The translations under genes were made by a program, and so were the position numbers. Below, piece after piece: positions 32,141-42,785 of a DNA stretch of 50,219 nucleotides (position 1 is its first letter; each line of letters starts with the position of its first letter). Under the pieces are notes generated by a model. It ran no database searches. It was not told where the DNA came from and saw nothing but the letters and a program-made list of their open reading frames with translations. The stretch comes from Clostridia bacterium (lineage in GTDB: Bacteria; Bacillota; Sulfobacillia; RBS10-35; JAJYVM01). Where the stretch lies: NCBI GenBank assembly GCA_027314765.1, contig DAHVAF010000003.1, positions 1-50,219 of the forward strand, written 5' to 3'.

Positions 32141-33303
32141 CCCGCCAAGTCCCCCTCGGTGTCGCCGCGCGCGGCCTCGGCGCCCGCCAGGCCCTCGCCC
32201 GCCAGCGCCACCACGCGCTCCGCCGCCTGCTGCATGGAGCGGAAGGCATCGATCCCCGCGCCGCGCAGGATCGCGTGCCCCTCGGCCTCGTTGGTGCCGA
32301 CCAGGCGCACGACCAGCGGCACGTCCTTGGCCGCCGGCTGGTTCTGTCGCACCTGCACGATGGCCCTGGCCACGTCGTCGCAGCGGGTGATGCCGCCGAA
32401 GATGTTGACCAGCACGGCCTTGGGCCGCGTGGAGACCAGGATGGCCAGCGCCTCGGCCGTGGGGCCCGTCGCGCTGCCGCCGCCGGCGTCGAGGAAGTTC
32501 ATCGGCTTGCCGCCGTAATGCTGCATGACGTCCAGCGTCGCCATCGTGATGCCGGCGCCGTTGGCCATAACGGCGATGTCGCCGTCCAACTGGACGAAGG
32601 CCAGCCCGAGCGCCCGCACCTTCGCCTCCAGCGGCGTCGCCTCGTCGGTCTTGGGCAGGTCGCCGTGGCGCGCCATGGCGTCGTCGTCCACGTTGAGGCG
32701 CGCGTCGGCGGCCATGATGTGCCCGTCCACCACCGCGAGGGGGTTGATCTCGACCAGTTCCGCGTCAAGGCGCACGAACGCGCGGTAGAGCTTGGTGGCG
32801 ATGTCTGAGAACTCGCGGGCCAGGGTGGCGCCGAGCCCGATGCGGCGCGCGACCTGGTAGGCCATGTAGGGCTGCAGGCCCCAGGCCACCGGGATCCCGC
32901 GCTTGATGATCGCCTTTTCGGGGACCTCCTCGATCGCCATGCCGCCGGAGGCGGAGGCGATCAGCATGGGCCGCTTGGCGCTCGGGTCGAACGTGAGCGA
33001 CAGGTAGATCTCCTGGCTGATGGACAGCTTCTGCTCGCAGTAGACGGACCCGACAGTATAGCCCTTCAGGTCCATGCCGAGGATCTGGCGGGCGGCCGCC
33101 TCGGCCGCCTGGGGCGTGTCCGCCACCTTGATGCCGCCGGCCTTGCCGCGCCCGCCGACGAGGACCTGCGCCTTGACGGCCACCGGCCCGAGGTCGCGGC
33201 ACGCGGCGGCGGCCTCCTCCGGGGTGCGGCAGAGCCGCCCGCGCGGGATCGGCACCCCGGACTCGGCGAGGACGCCCTTGGCCATGTACTCATAAAGCTT
33301 CAC
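32137..33303 (-). CDS. sucC: Succinyl-CoA synthetase beta subunit
   Basis: 388 aa: MKLYEYMAKGVLAESGVPIPRG...VKAQVLVGGRGKAGGIK, ATP-grasp plus ligase-CoA domain. GTG start. Confidence 0.95.
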   Translation of the reverse strand: MKLYEYMAKGVLAESGVPIPRGRLCRTPEEAAAACRDLGPVAVKAQVLVGGRGKAGGIKVADTPQAAEAAARQILGMDLKGYTVGSVYCEQKLSISQEIYLSLTFDPSAKRPMLIASASGGMAIEEVPEKAIIKRGIPVAWGLQPYMAYQVARRIGLGATLAREFSDIATKLYRAFVRLDAELVEINPLAVVDGHIMAADARLNVDDDAMARHGDLPKTDEATPLEAKVRALGLAFVQLDGDIAVMANGAGITMATLDVMQHYGGKPMNFLDAGGGSATGPTAEALAILVSTRPKAVLVNIFGGITRCDDVARAIVQVRQNQPAAKDVPLVVRLVGTNEAEGHAILRGAGIDAFRSMQQAAERVVALAGEGLAGAEAARGDTEGDLAG

Positions 33304-33372
33304 CGTGCAACCCGCCTTCGCAGCCTTGATCGGTGGCCGGCGCGTGCGCGCCGGCCTTCACAATGCGCCTTC

Positions 33373-34647
33373 TTACGACGCCACCGCGTGCCGCGCGACC
33401 TCCGCCACCAGATTCCGGGTCCGCTCCGCCTCGCCCGCCGGGTCCACCGCCAGGGCGGCCACGCCGCTCTCCACGGCCGCCTGGGCCACGGCGGCGGCCA
33501 CGGCCGGGGCCACCCGCGGGTAGGACGTGTCGGGCATCACCATCTCCGGGCTCAGGTCCGCGTCCGCCACGAGCGCGGCGATCGCGTGCGCCGCCGCCAT
33601 CTTCATCGCATCGTTGATCTCGCGGGCGCGGGCATCCAGGGCGCCGCGGAAGACGCCGGGGAAGGCCTGGACGTTGTTGATCTGGTTCGGGTAGTCCATG
33701 CGGCCCGTGCAGATCACGCGCGCGCCGGCGGCGGCGGCCTCGGCCGGGTGGATCTCCGGCTCGGGGTTGGCCATGGCCATGACGACGGCGCCGGGCGCCA
33801 TGCTGCGCACCATCGCCGGGCTGAGCGCGCCGCCGACCGACAGGCCGATGAAGACGTCCGCCCCGCGGATCACGGTCGCCAGGTCCCCGTGCTCGTGGTC
33901 GGGGTTCGTCGTGGCCGCGATCTCCAGCTTGTAGGGGTTCATGTTCTCGCGGCGGGCGGCGTGGATGGCCCCGGCCGTGTCGCAGAGCACGACGCGCGCC
34001 ACGCCCAGCTGCATCAGCAGCTTGGTGACGGCCATACCGGCGGCGCCGGCGCCGTTGATCACGACCTTCACGGCGGCCGCGCCCTTACCCACGATCTTCA
34101 GCGCGTTGATGAAGGCGGCGGCCGTCACGATGGCGGTGCCGTGCTGGTCGTCGTGGAAGACGGGGATGGACGTCTCGCGGCGCAGGCGCGTCTCGATCTC
34201 GAAGCAGCGCGGGGCCGAGATGTCCTCGAGGTTGATGCCGCCGAAGGTCGGGGTCATGGCGGCCACGATGCCGACGATCTCGTCCACGTTCTTGGTGGCC
34301 AGGCAGATGGGGACCGCGTCCACGCCCGCGAAGGTCTTGAAGAGCACGCACTTGCCCTCCATGACGGGCATGGCGGCGGCGGGGCCGATGTCGCCGAGGC
34401 CGAGGACCGCCGTGCCGTCCGTGACGACGGCCACCAGGTTCGCCTTGGCCGTGTACTCGTAAGCGAGGGCCGGGTCGCGGGCGATCTCCAGGCAGGGCTG
34501 GGCGACGCCAGGGGTGTAGGCGAGGGAGAGGTCGTCGGCCCCGCGCACGGGGACCTTGCTCACGACCTCGATCTTGCCGCGGTGGTCACGGTGCAGGGCC
34601 AGGGCCCTGCGCCGGAGCTCCGCGACCTGGTGCTCGGTCAGTGCCAA
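33373..34647 (-). CDS. NAD(P)-dependent malic enzyme (short, MaeB N-terminal type)
   Basis: 424 aa: DLSLAYTPGVA, VVTDGTAVLGLGDIG, PVMEGKCVLFK, FGGINLEDI, INGAGAAG. TTG start. Confidence 0.9.
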   Translation of the reverse strand: MALTEHQVAELRRRALALHRDHRGKIEVVSKVPVRGADDLSLAYTPGVAQPCLEIARDPALAYEYTAKANLVAVVTDGTAVLGLGDIGPAAAMPVMEGKCVLFKTFAGVDAVPICLATKNVDEIVGIVAAMTPTFGGINLEDISAPRCFEIETRLRRETSIPVFHDDQHGTAIVTAAAFINALKIVGKGAAAVKVVINGAGAAGMAVTKLLMQLGVARVVLCDTAGAIHAARRENMNPYKLEIAATTNPDHEHGDLATVIRGADVFIGLSVGGALSPAMVRSMAPGAVVMAMANPEPEIHPAEAAAAGARVICTGRMDYPNQINNVQAFPGVFRGALDARAREINDAMKMAAAHAIAALVADADLSPEMVMPDTSYPRVAPAVAAAVAQAAVESGVAALAVDPAGEAERTRNLVAEVARHAVAS

Positions 34648-34684
34648 TGCTCGGACCCTCTTCCTGGTGCTGGACGAGGTCGGC

Positions 34685-34710
34685 GTCCGCGCCGGAGGGC
34701 CGGCGCGGAC
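34685..34710. other. Perfect 11-bp stem-loop GTCCGCGCCGG-AGGG-CCGGCGCGGAC in the same spacer
   Basis: Read directly. No U-tract follows it. Possibly an intercistronic RNA structure. Confidence 0.5.
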
Positions 34711-34751
34711 CTTGCCCCTCCACTTTCCCGGCGGGCGGCCCGATTCCTACC

Positions 34752-37300
<2,549 letters not shown>

Positions 37301-37332
37301 GCGGGGGCCGGGCGCTCGCTGCGCGATCGCCG

Positions 37333-37878
37333 TCAGCGCGTCCGCTCCTCCAGCCGCTCGAGACGCCGCAGCATGTCGGCGATGGCAGCCTCCGTCACGA
37401 TGGTTCGCGGGCCCAGGACGCCCAGCTCCTCATGGAGGCGCCTCTCCGCCTGATCGCGGGCGGACGCGACACCCTCCGCCACCAGCTCGATCTTCGGGAT
37501 GACGTCCTGCTCAATGAGTGCGCGGAGACCGGTCTCCACACGATCGATCTTGCAGTCGACCCCGTCGATGCGCATCGTCAGGCTCGACTCCACGCGGCCA
37601 ATCTCTGCCCTCAGGCTCGACTCCACGCCGCCAATCTCTGCCGTCAGGCTCGACTCCACGCCGCCGATCTCTGCCCTCAGGCTCGACTCCACGTGGCCGA
37701 TCTCTTCCGTCAGGCTCGACTCCACGCGGCCAATCTCTGCCGTCAGACTTGACTCCACGCGGCCGATCTCTGCCCTCAGGCTCGACTCCACGCGCTCGAG
37801 CTCCGTCGTGAGCCGCGCTTCCGCACCAGCGATCGCTGTGCCGAGCCCGTCCAAGGCCGCCTTCAGCTCTGGCTCCAC
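37333..37878 (-). CDS. Hypothetical coiled-coil protein with seven tandem 11-residue repeats (VESSL[RT]AEIG[RG])
   Basis: 181-aa ORF. GTG 37878 lies about 7 nt after GAGGGCGGTGA, with a sigma-70-like promoter upstream. Of the ORFs crossing the repeats, this is the only frame that gives a non-degenerate, amphipathic sequence with sensible termini. Confidence 0.65.
   Translation of the reverse strand: MEPELKAALDGLGTAIAGAEARLTTELERVESSLRAEIGRVESSLTAEIGRVESSLTEEIGHVESSLRAEIGGVESSLTAEIGGVESSLRAEIGRVESSLTMRIDGVDCKIDRVETGLRALIEQDVIPKIELVAEGVASARDQAERRLHEELGVLGPRTIVTEAAIADMLRRLERLEERTR
37581..37811. repeat. Seven tandem 33-bp repeats (in-frame, coding the 11-aa units)
   Basis: Units begin at 37581, 37614, 37647, 37680, 37713, 37746 and 37779, e.g. 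GGCTCGACTCCACGCGGCCAATCTCTGCCCTCA. The first six differ at only 1-6 positions (the sixth is the most diverged). The last is degenerate. Confidence 0.9.
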
Positions 37879-37916
37879 GCCGGATCACCGCCCTCGATCC
37901 ACCAATTGGTAAATTC

Positions 37917-37944
37917 AGTATATTCCATGGCGATCTGGCGTCAA
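37917..37944 (-). promoter_or_regulatory. Sigma-70-like promoter TTGACG-N16-TATACT for the 11-aa-repeat protein gene
   Basis: Minus-strand reading AAAGATTGACGCCAGATCGCCATGGAATATACTGAATTTACC. The -10 ends 38 nt before the GTG start. Confidence 0.5.
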
Positions 37945-37967
37945 TCTTTCGGTGGCAGAGCGACAAC

Positions 37968-37994
37968 GCCACCCGCCTCTGACCGGCGGGTGGC
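37968..37994 (-). terminator. Hairpin GCCACCCGCC-N7-GGCGGGTGGC downstream of pepC
   Basis: 10-bp perfect stem 26 nt after the pepC stop, followed on the minus strand by GTTGTCGCTCTG (a weak U-tract). Confidence 0.45.
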
Positions 37995-38020
37995 GTCGAG
38001 CGTTGGCTGGTGGGCGCTCG

Positions 38021-39445
38021 CTACGCGAGCGCGCCCATCGGATCCCAGGGCTGCAGCTCGATCGGGGGCTGCGCCAGGGCTGCCCGCAGGGCCGGCGACA
38101 GGTACTTCTTCTGCACCACCACCTGGTACATGTACTCGTCGAACCAGGCGTCGCTCATCACGAAGAAGCCGTCGCGCCCGGGCTCCTTGCCCCAGGAGTT
38201 CTCGACCTTCCAGCGCGTTGCGCGGCCATCGACCACGTTGACGCCCGAGAAGACCATGGCGTGGGTCATGCGGCTGTCGCCGTAGTCCAGGCGCCCCGCC
38301 TTGTCCAGGTCGAACGGGACGCCGAGGACGCCGTCGTAGTCGTAGAGGGCGGCGTCCATCACGCCGGAGTCGCGGTCGGACATCTTGCCGACGTCGCAGC
38401 CGAACCAGACGGCCTCGCCGTCCATCAGTTGGGCGAGGGCGATGGACTTCAGGGTCTCGACCTCGGTGTTCAGGTAGAGCACGGGCCGGCCGCCGCGCAC
38501 GTTGCCCAGGTACTTCACGGTGTAGGTGCGGCCGAAGGGCTTGTCGTCCGTCGGGGCGTGGATCACGCTCACGTACTGGTTGAGGTCCAGGGCGACGTAG
38601 CGGCGCAAGAAGTCCTGCGGCGTGATGCCGGCGTCGCGGTGGAAGGCCTTCTCCTTGTCGCGGTACTGGAAGTCGAAGCGGGCCGGCGGCTCGCCCAGGA
38701 ACTGGACCAGGATGCGGTAGACCTCGCCCAGCATGGCCTCCTTGCGCTCGCGCAGGGTGGCGAGGGAGGCGCGCTCGGAGCGCAGCTTGCGGGCATCCTC
38801 CCGCAGCTTCCGCGTCAGGAGGCCGTTCATGCCCCGCGACTGGCTGCTGTGGAAGGTCTCCGGCATCTCGGCCTTGGGCACGACGCCGTACTTCTCCACC
38901 AGGCTGACGAACATGTCCCACTGGCCGCCGTCATTGAGCGGGGCCTCCAGCAGCCAGGAGACCAGGCGGCCGTCGGTGGGCTCGTCCAGGGTCTCCAGGA
39001 TGCTCTCCAGAAAGTAGTTGCTGCGCTCGAACTTGTCCCAGAACTGCGTGTAGGCCTGCGACAGCTCGAAGTCGCCCATGCCGCAGTTCCGCATCACGGC
39101 CAGCCGCAGCGTGTTCAGCCCGGCGAACATCCAGCAGCGGCCGCTCTGCTTCTGGTTGGTGATCGCGCCGGTGTCGATCTCGTGCGAGAACGTGTACTGC
39201 TGGCGGATCAGCACGTCCTGGTCCAGGGCCACCGCCGCGATGCCGTTCTTGCGGATCGCGTTCATCGTGGTCCGCCGGTGGGGGTCGGTCCGGAAGCCCT
39301 CGGACAGGCGGCGCACCAGCTCCGGCGAGACTACGCCGGTCTCTGTGCTCTCCTGCTGCAGGGCCACGTCGTCGGCCACGTCCATCACCTCGCTCCCCAT
39401 GTATTCGGGGCGCGGGCGGACATCCCTGGCTGCGGAACCCCTCAC
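38021..39445 (-). CDS. pepC: Aminopeptidase C / bleomycin hydrolase (C1B cysteine peptidase)
   Basis: NQKQSGRCWMFAGLN (catalytic Cys), ...THAMVFSG (His), ...WKVENSWG. GTG 39445 overlaps the upstream stop (GTGA). ATG 39400 or 39385 (after GGGAG) are alternative starts. Confidence 0.9.
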   Translation of the reverse strand: MRGSAARDVRPRPEYMGSEVMDVADDVALQQESTETGVVSPELVRRLSEGFRTDPHRRTTMNAIRKNGIAAVALDQDVLIRQQYTFSHEIDTGAITNQKQSGRCWMFAGLNTLRLAVMRNCGMGDFELSQAYTQFWDKFERSNYFLESILETLDEPTDGRLVSWLLEAPLNDGGQWDMFVSLVEKYGVVPKAEMPETFHSSQSRGMNGLLTRKLREDARKLRSERASLATLRERKEAMLGEVYRILVQFLGEPPARFDFQYRDKEKAFHRDAGITPQDFLRRYVALDLNQYVSVIHAPTDDKPFGRTYTVKYLGNVRGGRPVLYLNTEVETLKSIALAQLMDGEAVWFGCDVGKMSDRDSGVMDAALYDYDGVLGVPFDLDKAGRLDYGDSRMTHAMVFSGVNVVDGRATRWKVENSWGKEPGRDGFFVMSDAWFDEYMYQVVVQKKYLSPALRAALAQPPIELQPWDPMGALA

Positions 39446-40404
39446 GGGATGAGAACAGGCCGCCTGCCCTGCTGGTCACGCCCCCAAACCTCCGCCACGC
39501 GCTCCAGGGGCACGCGTTCGACCTCGATGCGCAGCGTGCCGCGGGCCAGCAGGTCGAGGATCTCGCGCAGCGCCGCAGTGACCCGCTCCACGGGCGGAAT
39601 CGAGGCGCTGCCGCTGCCCAGGATCTCCAATCCGCTGCTGCGCAGGACCTCCGCCGGCAGGGCAATGTGGCTGCCGGCCATGTCGCCGCACTGCACAAGG
39701 CGGATGCGGCGGCCGTGCGGCAGCATGTCGTGCTGAACGAGGGTGCTGAGCAGCACCTCCGTCGGGTGGCCCCAGAGATAGTCGAGGACGACATCGTAGC
39801 CCACCCCGCCCGCCGCGTGGACGAACGCGGCGGCGAGGTCCGGATCGGCGGCGTCGACGTGGAGCGTGGCGTCGGCGCCCAGCTCGGCCACGGCCGCCAG
39901 CGAGTGGGGATTGCGGCCTGCGGCCACGACGCGGCCAGCCCCCAGGTGCCTGGCGGCCTGCACCGCCAGCCGGCCGGTGACGCCCGTGGCGCCGAGGATG
40001 AGCACCGTCTCGCCAGGTTGGAGGCCGGCGCGCCAGGTGAGGGTCATCCAGGCTGAGACGGCCGGGTTCCAGGCGGCAGCCGCCACCGCGTCGTCCACGC
40101 TGTCGGGGATGGGAAAGCACATGTCCGGCGGGGTGCTCGCAACGTCTGCCATGGTGCCGGAGCGGGAGCCGAAGAGCACGCGACGCCCATCCGGCAGGCA
40201 GCCGGCGCCGATCACTCCGGGGACCATGGGGAGGCCGGCCCCAGCGCTGACGGAGTAATGGGTACCGGCAGCGCGTGCCCGGTCAATGGCGTTGATCGGA
40301 GCCGCGGTCACCCTCACCAGGACCTCACCCGGCCCTGCGACCGGGACGGGAAGCTCCTCGCAGCGGGGCGTCTCGCCCAGGGCATGAAGAACTGCCGCCT
40401 TCAC
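39442..40404 (-). CDS. Zinc-type alcohol dehydrogenase-like / quinone oxidoreductase (MDR superfamily)
   Basis: MKAAVLHALGETPRCEELPVPVAGPGEVLVRV...ILGATGVTGRLAVQAARHLGA. GTG 40404 lies 6 nt after AGGAGGG. Confidence 0.8.
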   Translation of the reverse strand: MKAAVLHALGETPRCEELPVPVAGPGEVLVRVTAAPINAIDRARAAGTHYSVSAGAGLPMVPGVIGAGCLPDGRRVLFGSRSGTMADVASTPPDMCFPIPDSVDDAVAAAAWNPAVSAWMTLTWRAGLQPGETVLILGATGVTGRLAVQAARHLGAGRVVAAGRNPHSLAAVAELGADATLHVDAADPDLAAAFVHAAGGVGYDVVLDYLWGHPTEVLLSTLVQHDMLPHGRRIRLVQCGDMAGSHIALPAEVLRSSGLEILGSGSASIPPVERVTAALREILDLLARGTLRIEVERVPLERVAEVWGRDQQGRRPVLIP

Positions 40405-40418
40405 CGCCGACCCTCCTA

Positions 40419-40454
40419 TACGTACAACGTACGCTTATTCCATACTATGTACGT
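40419..40454. promoter_or_regulatory. Repeated ACGTAC / GTACGT motifs: candidate TetR operator in an AT-rich divergent spacer
   Basis: CTATACGTACAACGTACGCTTATTCCATACTATGTACGTTT: ACGTAC at 40420-25 and 40427-32, and its inverse GTACGT at 40449-54. Located between the MDR oxidoreductase (GTG 40404) and the TetR gene (GTG 40461). Confidence 0.45.
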
Positions 40455-40460
40455 TTCAAG

Positions 40461-41231
40461 GTGGCGCCGGACCGTGCCCCGAAGATTTTGGCTGGGGAGG
40501 CTGCTCCAGGCGTGCCGCATACCGATGCGCCGATCTGGTTACGGCCGGAGCCGGCTGGGCGCCAACCCCGATTCAGCCGCCAGCGCATTGCGGAGGCGGC
40601 CGTGGCGATCGCCGACCGGGAGGGCTTCGCGGCCGTGACCATGCGCCGGGTCGCCGCTGAGATCGGCGCGTCGCCGATGAGCCTCTACCACTACATCCGC
40701 GGCAAGGACGAGCTGCTCGCGCTGATGGACGACGCGCTCCTGGCGGAGTCGCTGCTTCCGACCGGCGGGTTGCCGGCCGACTGGCGGGGCGCCCTGACGG
40801 CCATCGCCCGCCGCACGCGCGACGTGTTCCTGCGGCACCCGTGGGCACTGCGGGCCCTGCAGGGAGACGCGGCCGCCCGGGGTGGCGCCATCAGCCCGAA
40901 CGCCATACGGCACTTCGAGCAGTCGCTGGCGGCGCTTGCGGGCGCGCCGCTCGACCCCCGCGGCAAGGTTGAGCTCCTGACGGTGGTGGACGACTTTGTG
41001 ATGGGGCACGCGCTGCGGGCCGGCGAGGAGCGCGTGCGGGCACACGCCAGTGCCGAGGAGATTCGTGCAGCGACGGCCTTCGCGCAGGAGCTCGTCAACT
41101 CGGGCGGCTACCCGAACCTGCAGTCCCTGGCCGAGCACGCGGAGGCCGCCTCCGCGCTCAGCGACGGCCAGGCGGAGGCTCGCTTCGAGCGAGGGCTGGC
41201 CATGCTCATCGACGGCGCCGTGCGTGCCTGA
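40461..41231 (+). CDS. TetR/AcrR-family transcriptional regulator
   Basis: RQRIAEAAVAIADREGFAAVTMRRVAAEIGASPMSLYHYIRGKDELL HTH plus a TetR C-terminal-like domain. Divergent from the MDR oxidoreductase. Confidence 0.85.
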   Translation: MAPDRAPKILAGEAAPGVPHTDAPIWLRPEPAGRQPRFSRQRIAEAAVAIADREGFAAVTMRRVAAEIGASPMSLYHYIRGKDELLALMDDALLAESLLPTGGLPADWRGALTAIARRTRDVFLRHPWALRALQGDAAARGGAISPNAIRHFEQSLAALAGAPLDPRGKVELLTVVDDFVMGHALRAGEERVRAHASAEEIRAATAFAQELVNSGGYPNLQSLAEHAEAASALSDGQAEARFERGLAMLIDGAVRA

Positions 41232-41237
41232 AGGGGC

Positions 41238-41265
41238 GGTGCGGCCGCCACGCGGCGGCCGCACC
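41238..41265. terminator. 12-bp perfect hairpin GGTGCGGCCGCC-ACGC-GGCGGCCGCACC between convergent TetR and CMD genes
   Basis: Read directly. There is no U-tract on either side, so its function as a terminator is uncertain. Confidence 0.35.
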
Positions 41266-41273
41266 CGCAGCTC

Positions 41274-41732
41274 CTACCAGTTCGCGACCCCGGCCGGCTG
41301 GCGGGTCGCCACGTTGAAGCGGTTGACGAGGTTGGTGAGCGCGATCGAGGCCGTCAGCGTGGCGAGGCCCTTCTCGTCGTAGTGGCGGGCGGCCTCGGCC
41401 CACACGTCGTCCGGCACCGGGTCGGCGCGGTCGCTGAGGCGGGTGACGCTCTCGGCCAGGGCCAGGGCGGCGCGCTCGGCGTCGGTGAAGTAGGGCGCCT
41501 CCCGCCAGGCGGCCACGGCCCAGAGCCGTTCGTCCGTCTCGCCCTCCTTCTTCGCCTGGCGCACGCCCATGTCGACGCAGAAGCTGCAGCCGTTGATCTG
41601 GCTGGCGCGCAGGTGGACGAGGCCGAGGGTGGTGCGCGGCACGCCGCCTCTGTACACGATCGCGGCGAGGCCCTGGACGGCCTCGGCGGCGCCGGGCAGC
41701 AGCACGGCGGGGTTCTGGATCCTTGACTCCAT
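41274..41732 (-). CDS. Carboxymuconolactone decarboxylase family protein (AhpD-like)
   Basis: 152 aa with LRASQINGCSFCVDMG (CxxC of the AhpD/CMD fold). ATG follows CCAGGAGG. Confidence 0.85.
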   Translation of the reverse strand: MESRIQNPAVLLPGAAEAVQGLAAIVYRGGVPRTTLGLVHLRASQINGCSFCVDMGVRQAKKEGETDERLWAVAAWREAPYFTDAERAALALAESVTRLSDRADPVPDDVWAEAARHYDEKGLATLTASIALTNLVNRFNVATRQPAGVANW

Positions 41733-41757
41733 CTCTGATCGCCTCCTGGATCTTGGT

Positions 41758-41784
41758 TGTCACATCGGCCAAGCTTGGCGCGTC
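41758..41784 (+). promoter_or_regulatory. ECF41-type promoter TGTCACA-N16-CGTC facing the sigma factor gene
   Basis: TGTCACA (41758-64), 16-nt spacer TCGGCCAAGCTTGGCG, CGTC (41781-84). This is an exact match to the ECF41 consensus as I recall it. It lies 37 nt upstream of ATG 41821. Confidence 0.6.
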
Positions 41785-41792
41785 ACCCTGAT

Positions 41793-41819
41793 GACGCACG
41801 GCGACGGGGGAATGTGACG
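41793..41819 (-). promoter_or_regulatory. Second ECF41-type promoter CGTCACA-N16-CGTC facing the CMD gene
   Basis: Minus-strand reading CGTCACATTCCCCCGTCGCCGTGCGTC. There is one deviation (C for T) at the first -35 base and the spacer is exactly 16 nt. It lies about 60 nt upstream of ATG 41732. Confidence 0.55.
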
Positions 41820-41820
41820 G

Positions 41821-42705
41821 ATGGACGATGCGGGGTGGCTGGCCGAGCGCTTCGAGGAAAACCGAAAGCACCTGCGTGCCGTGGCCTACCGGCTTCTGGG
41901 CTCGGAGGGCGATGCGGACGACGCCGTCCAGGAGGCCTGGCTGCGCCTCAGCCGCTCCGACACCAGCGGTGTGGACAACCTTGGCGGCTGGCTGACGACG
42001 GTGGTGGCGCGTGTGAGCCTCGACATGCTGCGCGCGCGCAGGGCGCGCCCGCAGGAGCCGCTCGGGGAGAACATGGACGGCCCGGGCGGCGAGGACCCGG
42101 AGGAGCAGGCGGTCCTGGCCGACTCGGTCGGCCTGGCGCTGCAGGTCGTGCTCGACCGGCTGCCGCCGGCCGAGCGCGTCGCCTTCGTCCTGCACGACGT
42201 CTTCGCGGTGCCGTTCGAAGAGATCGCCCTGGTGGTGGGGCGCAGCCCCGTGGCCGCGCGGCAGATGGCGAGCCGCGCCCGCCGGCGGGTCCAGGGCGAG
42301 GCTGCGGTGCCCGAGGCCGATCCCGGCCGCCGGCGCGCGATCGTGGAGGCCTTCATCACTGCCGCGCACGGGGGCGACTTAGGGGTCCTGCTCGCCATCC
42401 TCGACCCGGACCTCCTCATCCGCGCGGATGCGGCGGCTGCGCGCCTGGGAGCCGCCCCGGAGCTCCGCGGCGCGCGGGAGGCCGTCGAGCGGTTCGCCGG
42501 CCGTGCAAGGGGCGCCCAGGCCGTCATCGCGGACGGCGTCCCCGCAGCGGCCTGGATCGTGCGCGGGCGGCCGCTTGTGGTGTTCTCGTTAACCATCGCG
42601 GGCGGCAGGATCACCGCGATCGACCTGATCGGCGATGTGGAGCGGATCGCCCGCATGGACATCGTGGTGCCCGGCCCGGCACCGCAAACCGGCGGGGCAG
42701 GCTGA
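41821..42705 (+). CDS. ECF sigma factor with fused SnoaL-like C-terminal domain (ECF41/SigJ type)
   Basis: Region 2 LRAVAYRLLGSEGDADDAVQEAWLRL, region 4 LPPAERVAFVLHDVFAVPFEEIALVVGRSPVAARQMASRARRRV, then a C-terminal extension of about 110 aa. No anti-sigma gene is adjacent. CMD neighbour and consensus promoter (see below). Confidence 0.85.
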   Translation: MDDAGWLAERFEENRKHLRAVAYRLLGSEGDADDAVQEAWLRLSRSDTSGVDNLGGWLTTVVARVSLDMLRARRARPQEPLGENMDGPGGEDPEEQAVLADSVGLALQVVLDRLPPAERVAFVLHDVFAVPFEEIALVVGRSPVAARQMASRARRRVQGEAAVPEADPGRRRAIVEAFITAAHGGDLGVLLAILDPDLLIRADAAAARLGAAPELRGAREAVERFAGRARGAQAVIADGVPAAAWIVRGRPLVVFSLTIAGGRITAIDLIGDVERIARMDIVVPGPAPQTGGAG

Positions 42706-42785
42706 CGCGCCTCCGGCATGCCGGCCCCCTCCGTGGGGGCACGTTGACTGCGCGGGAGGGCGCGGGAACGGACCAGGGCAGGCGG

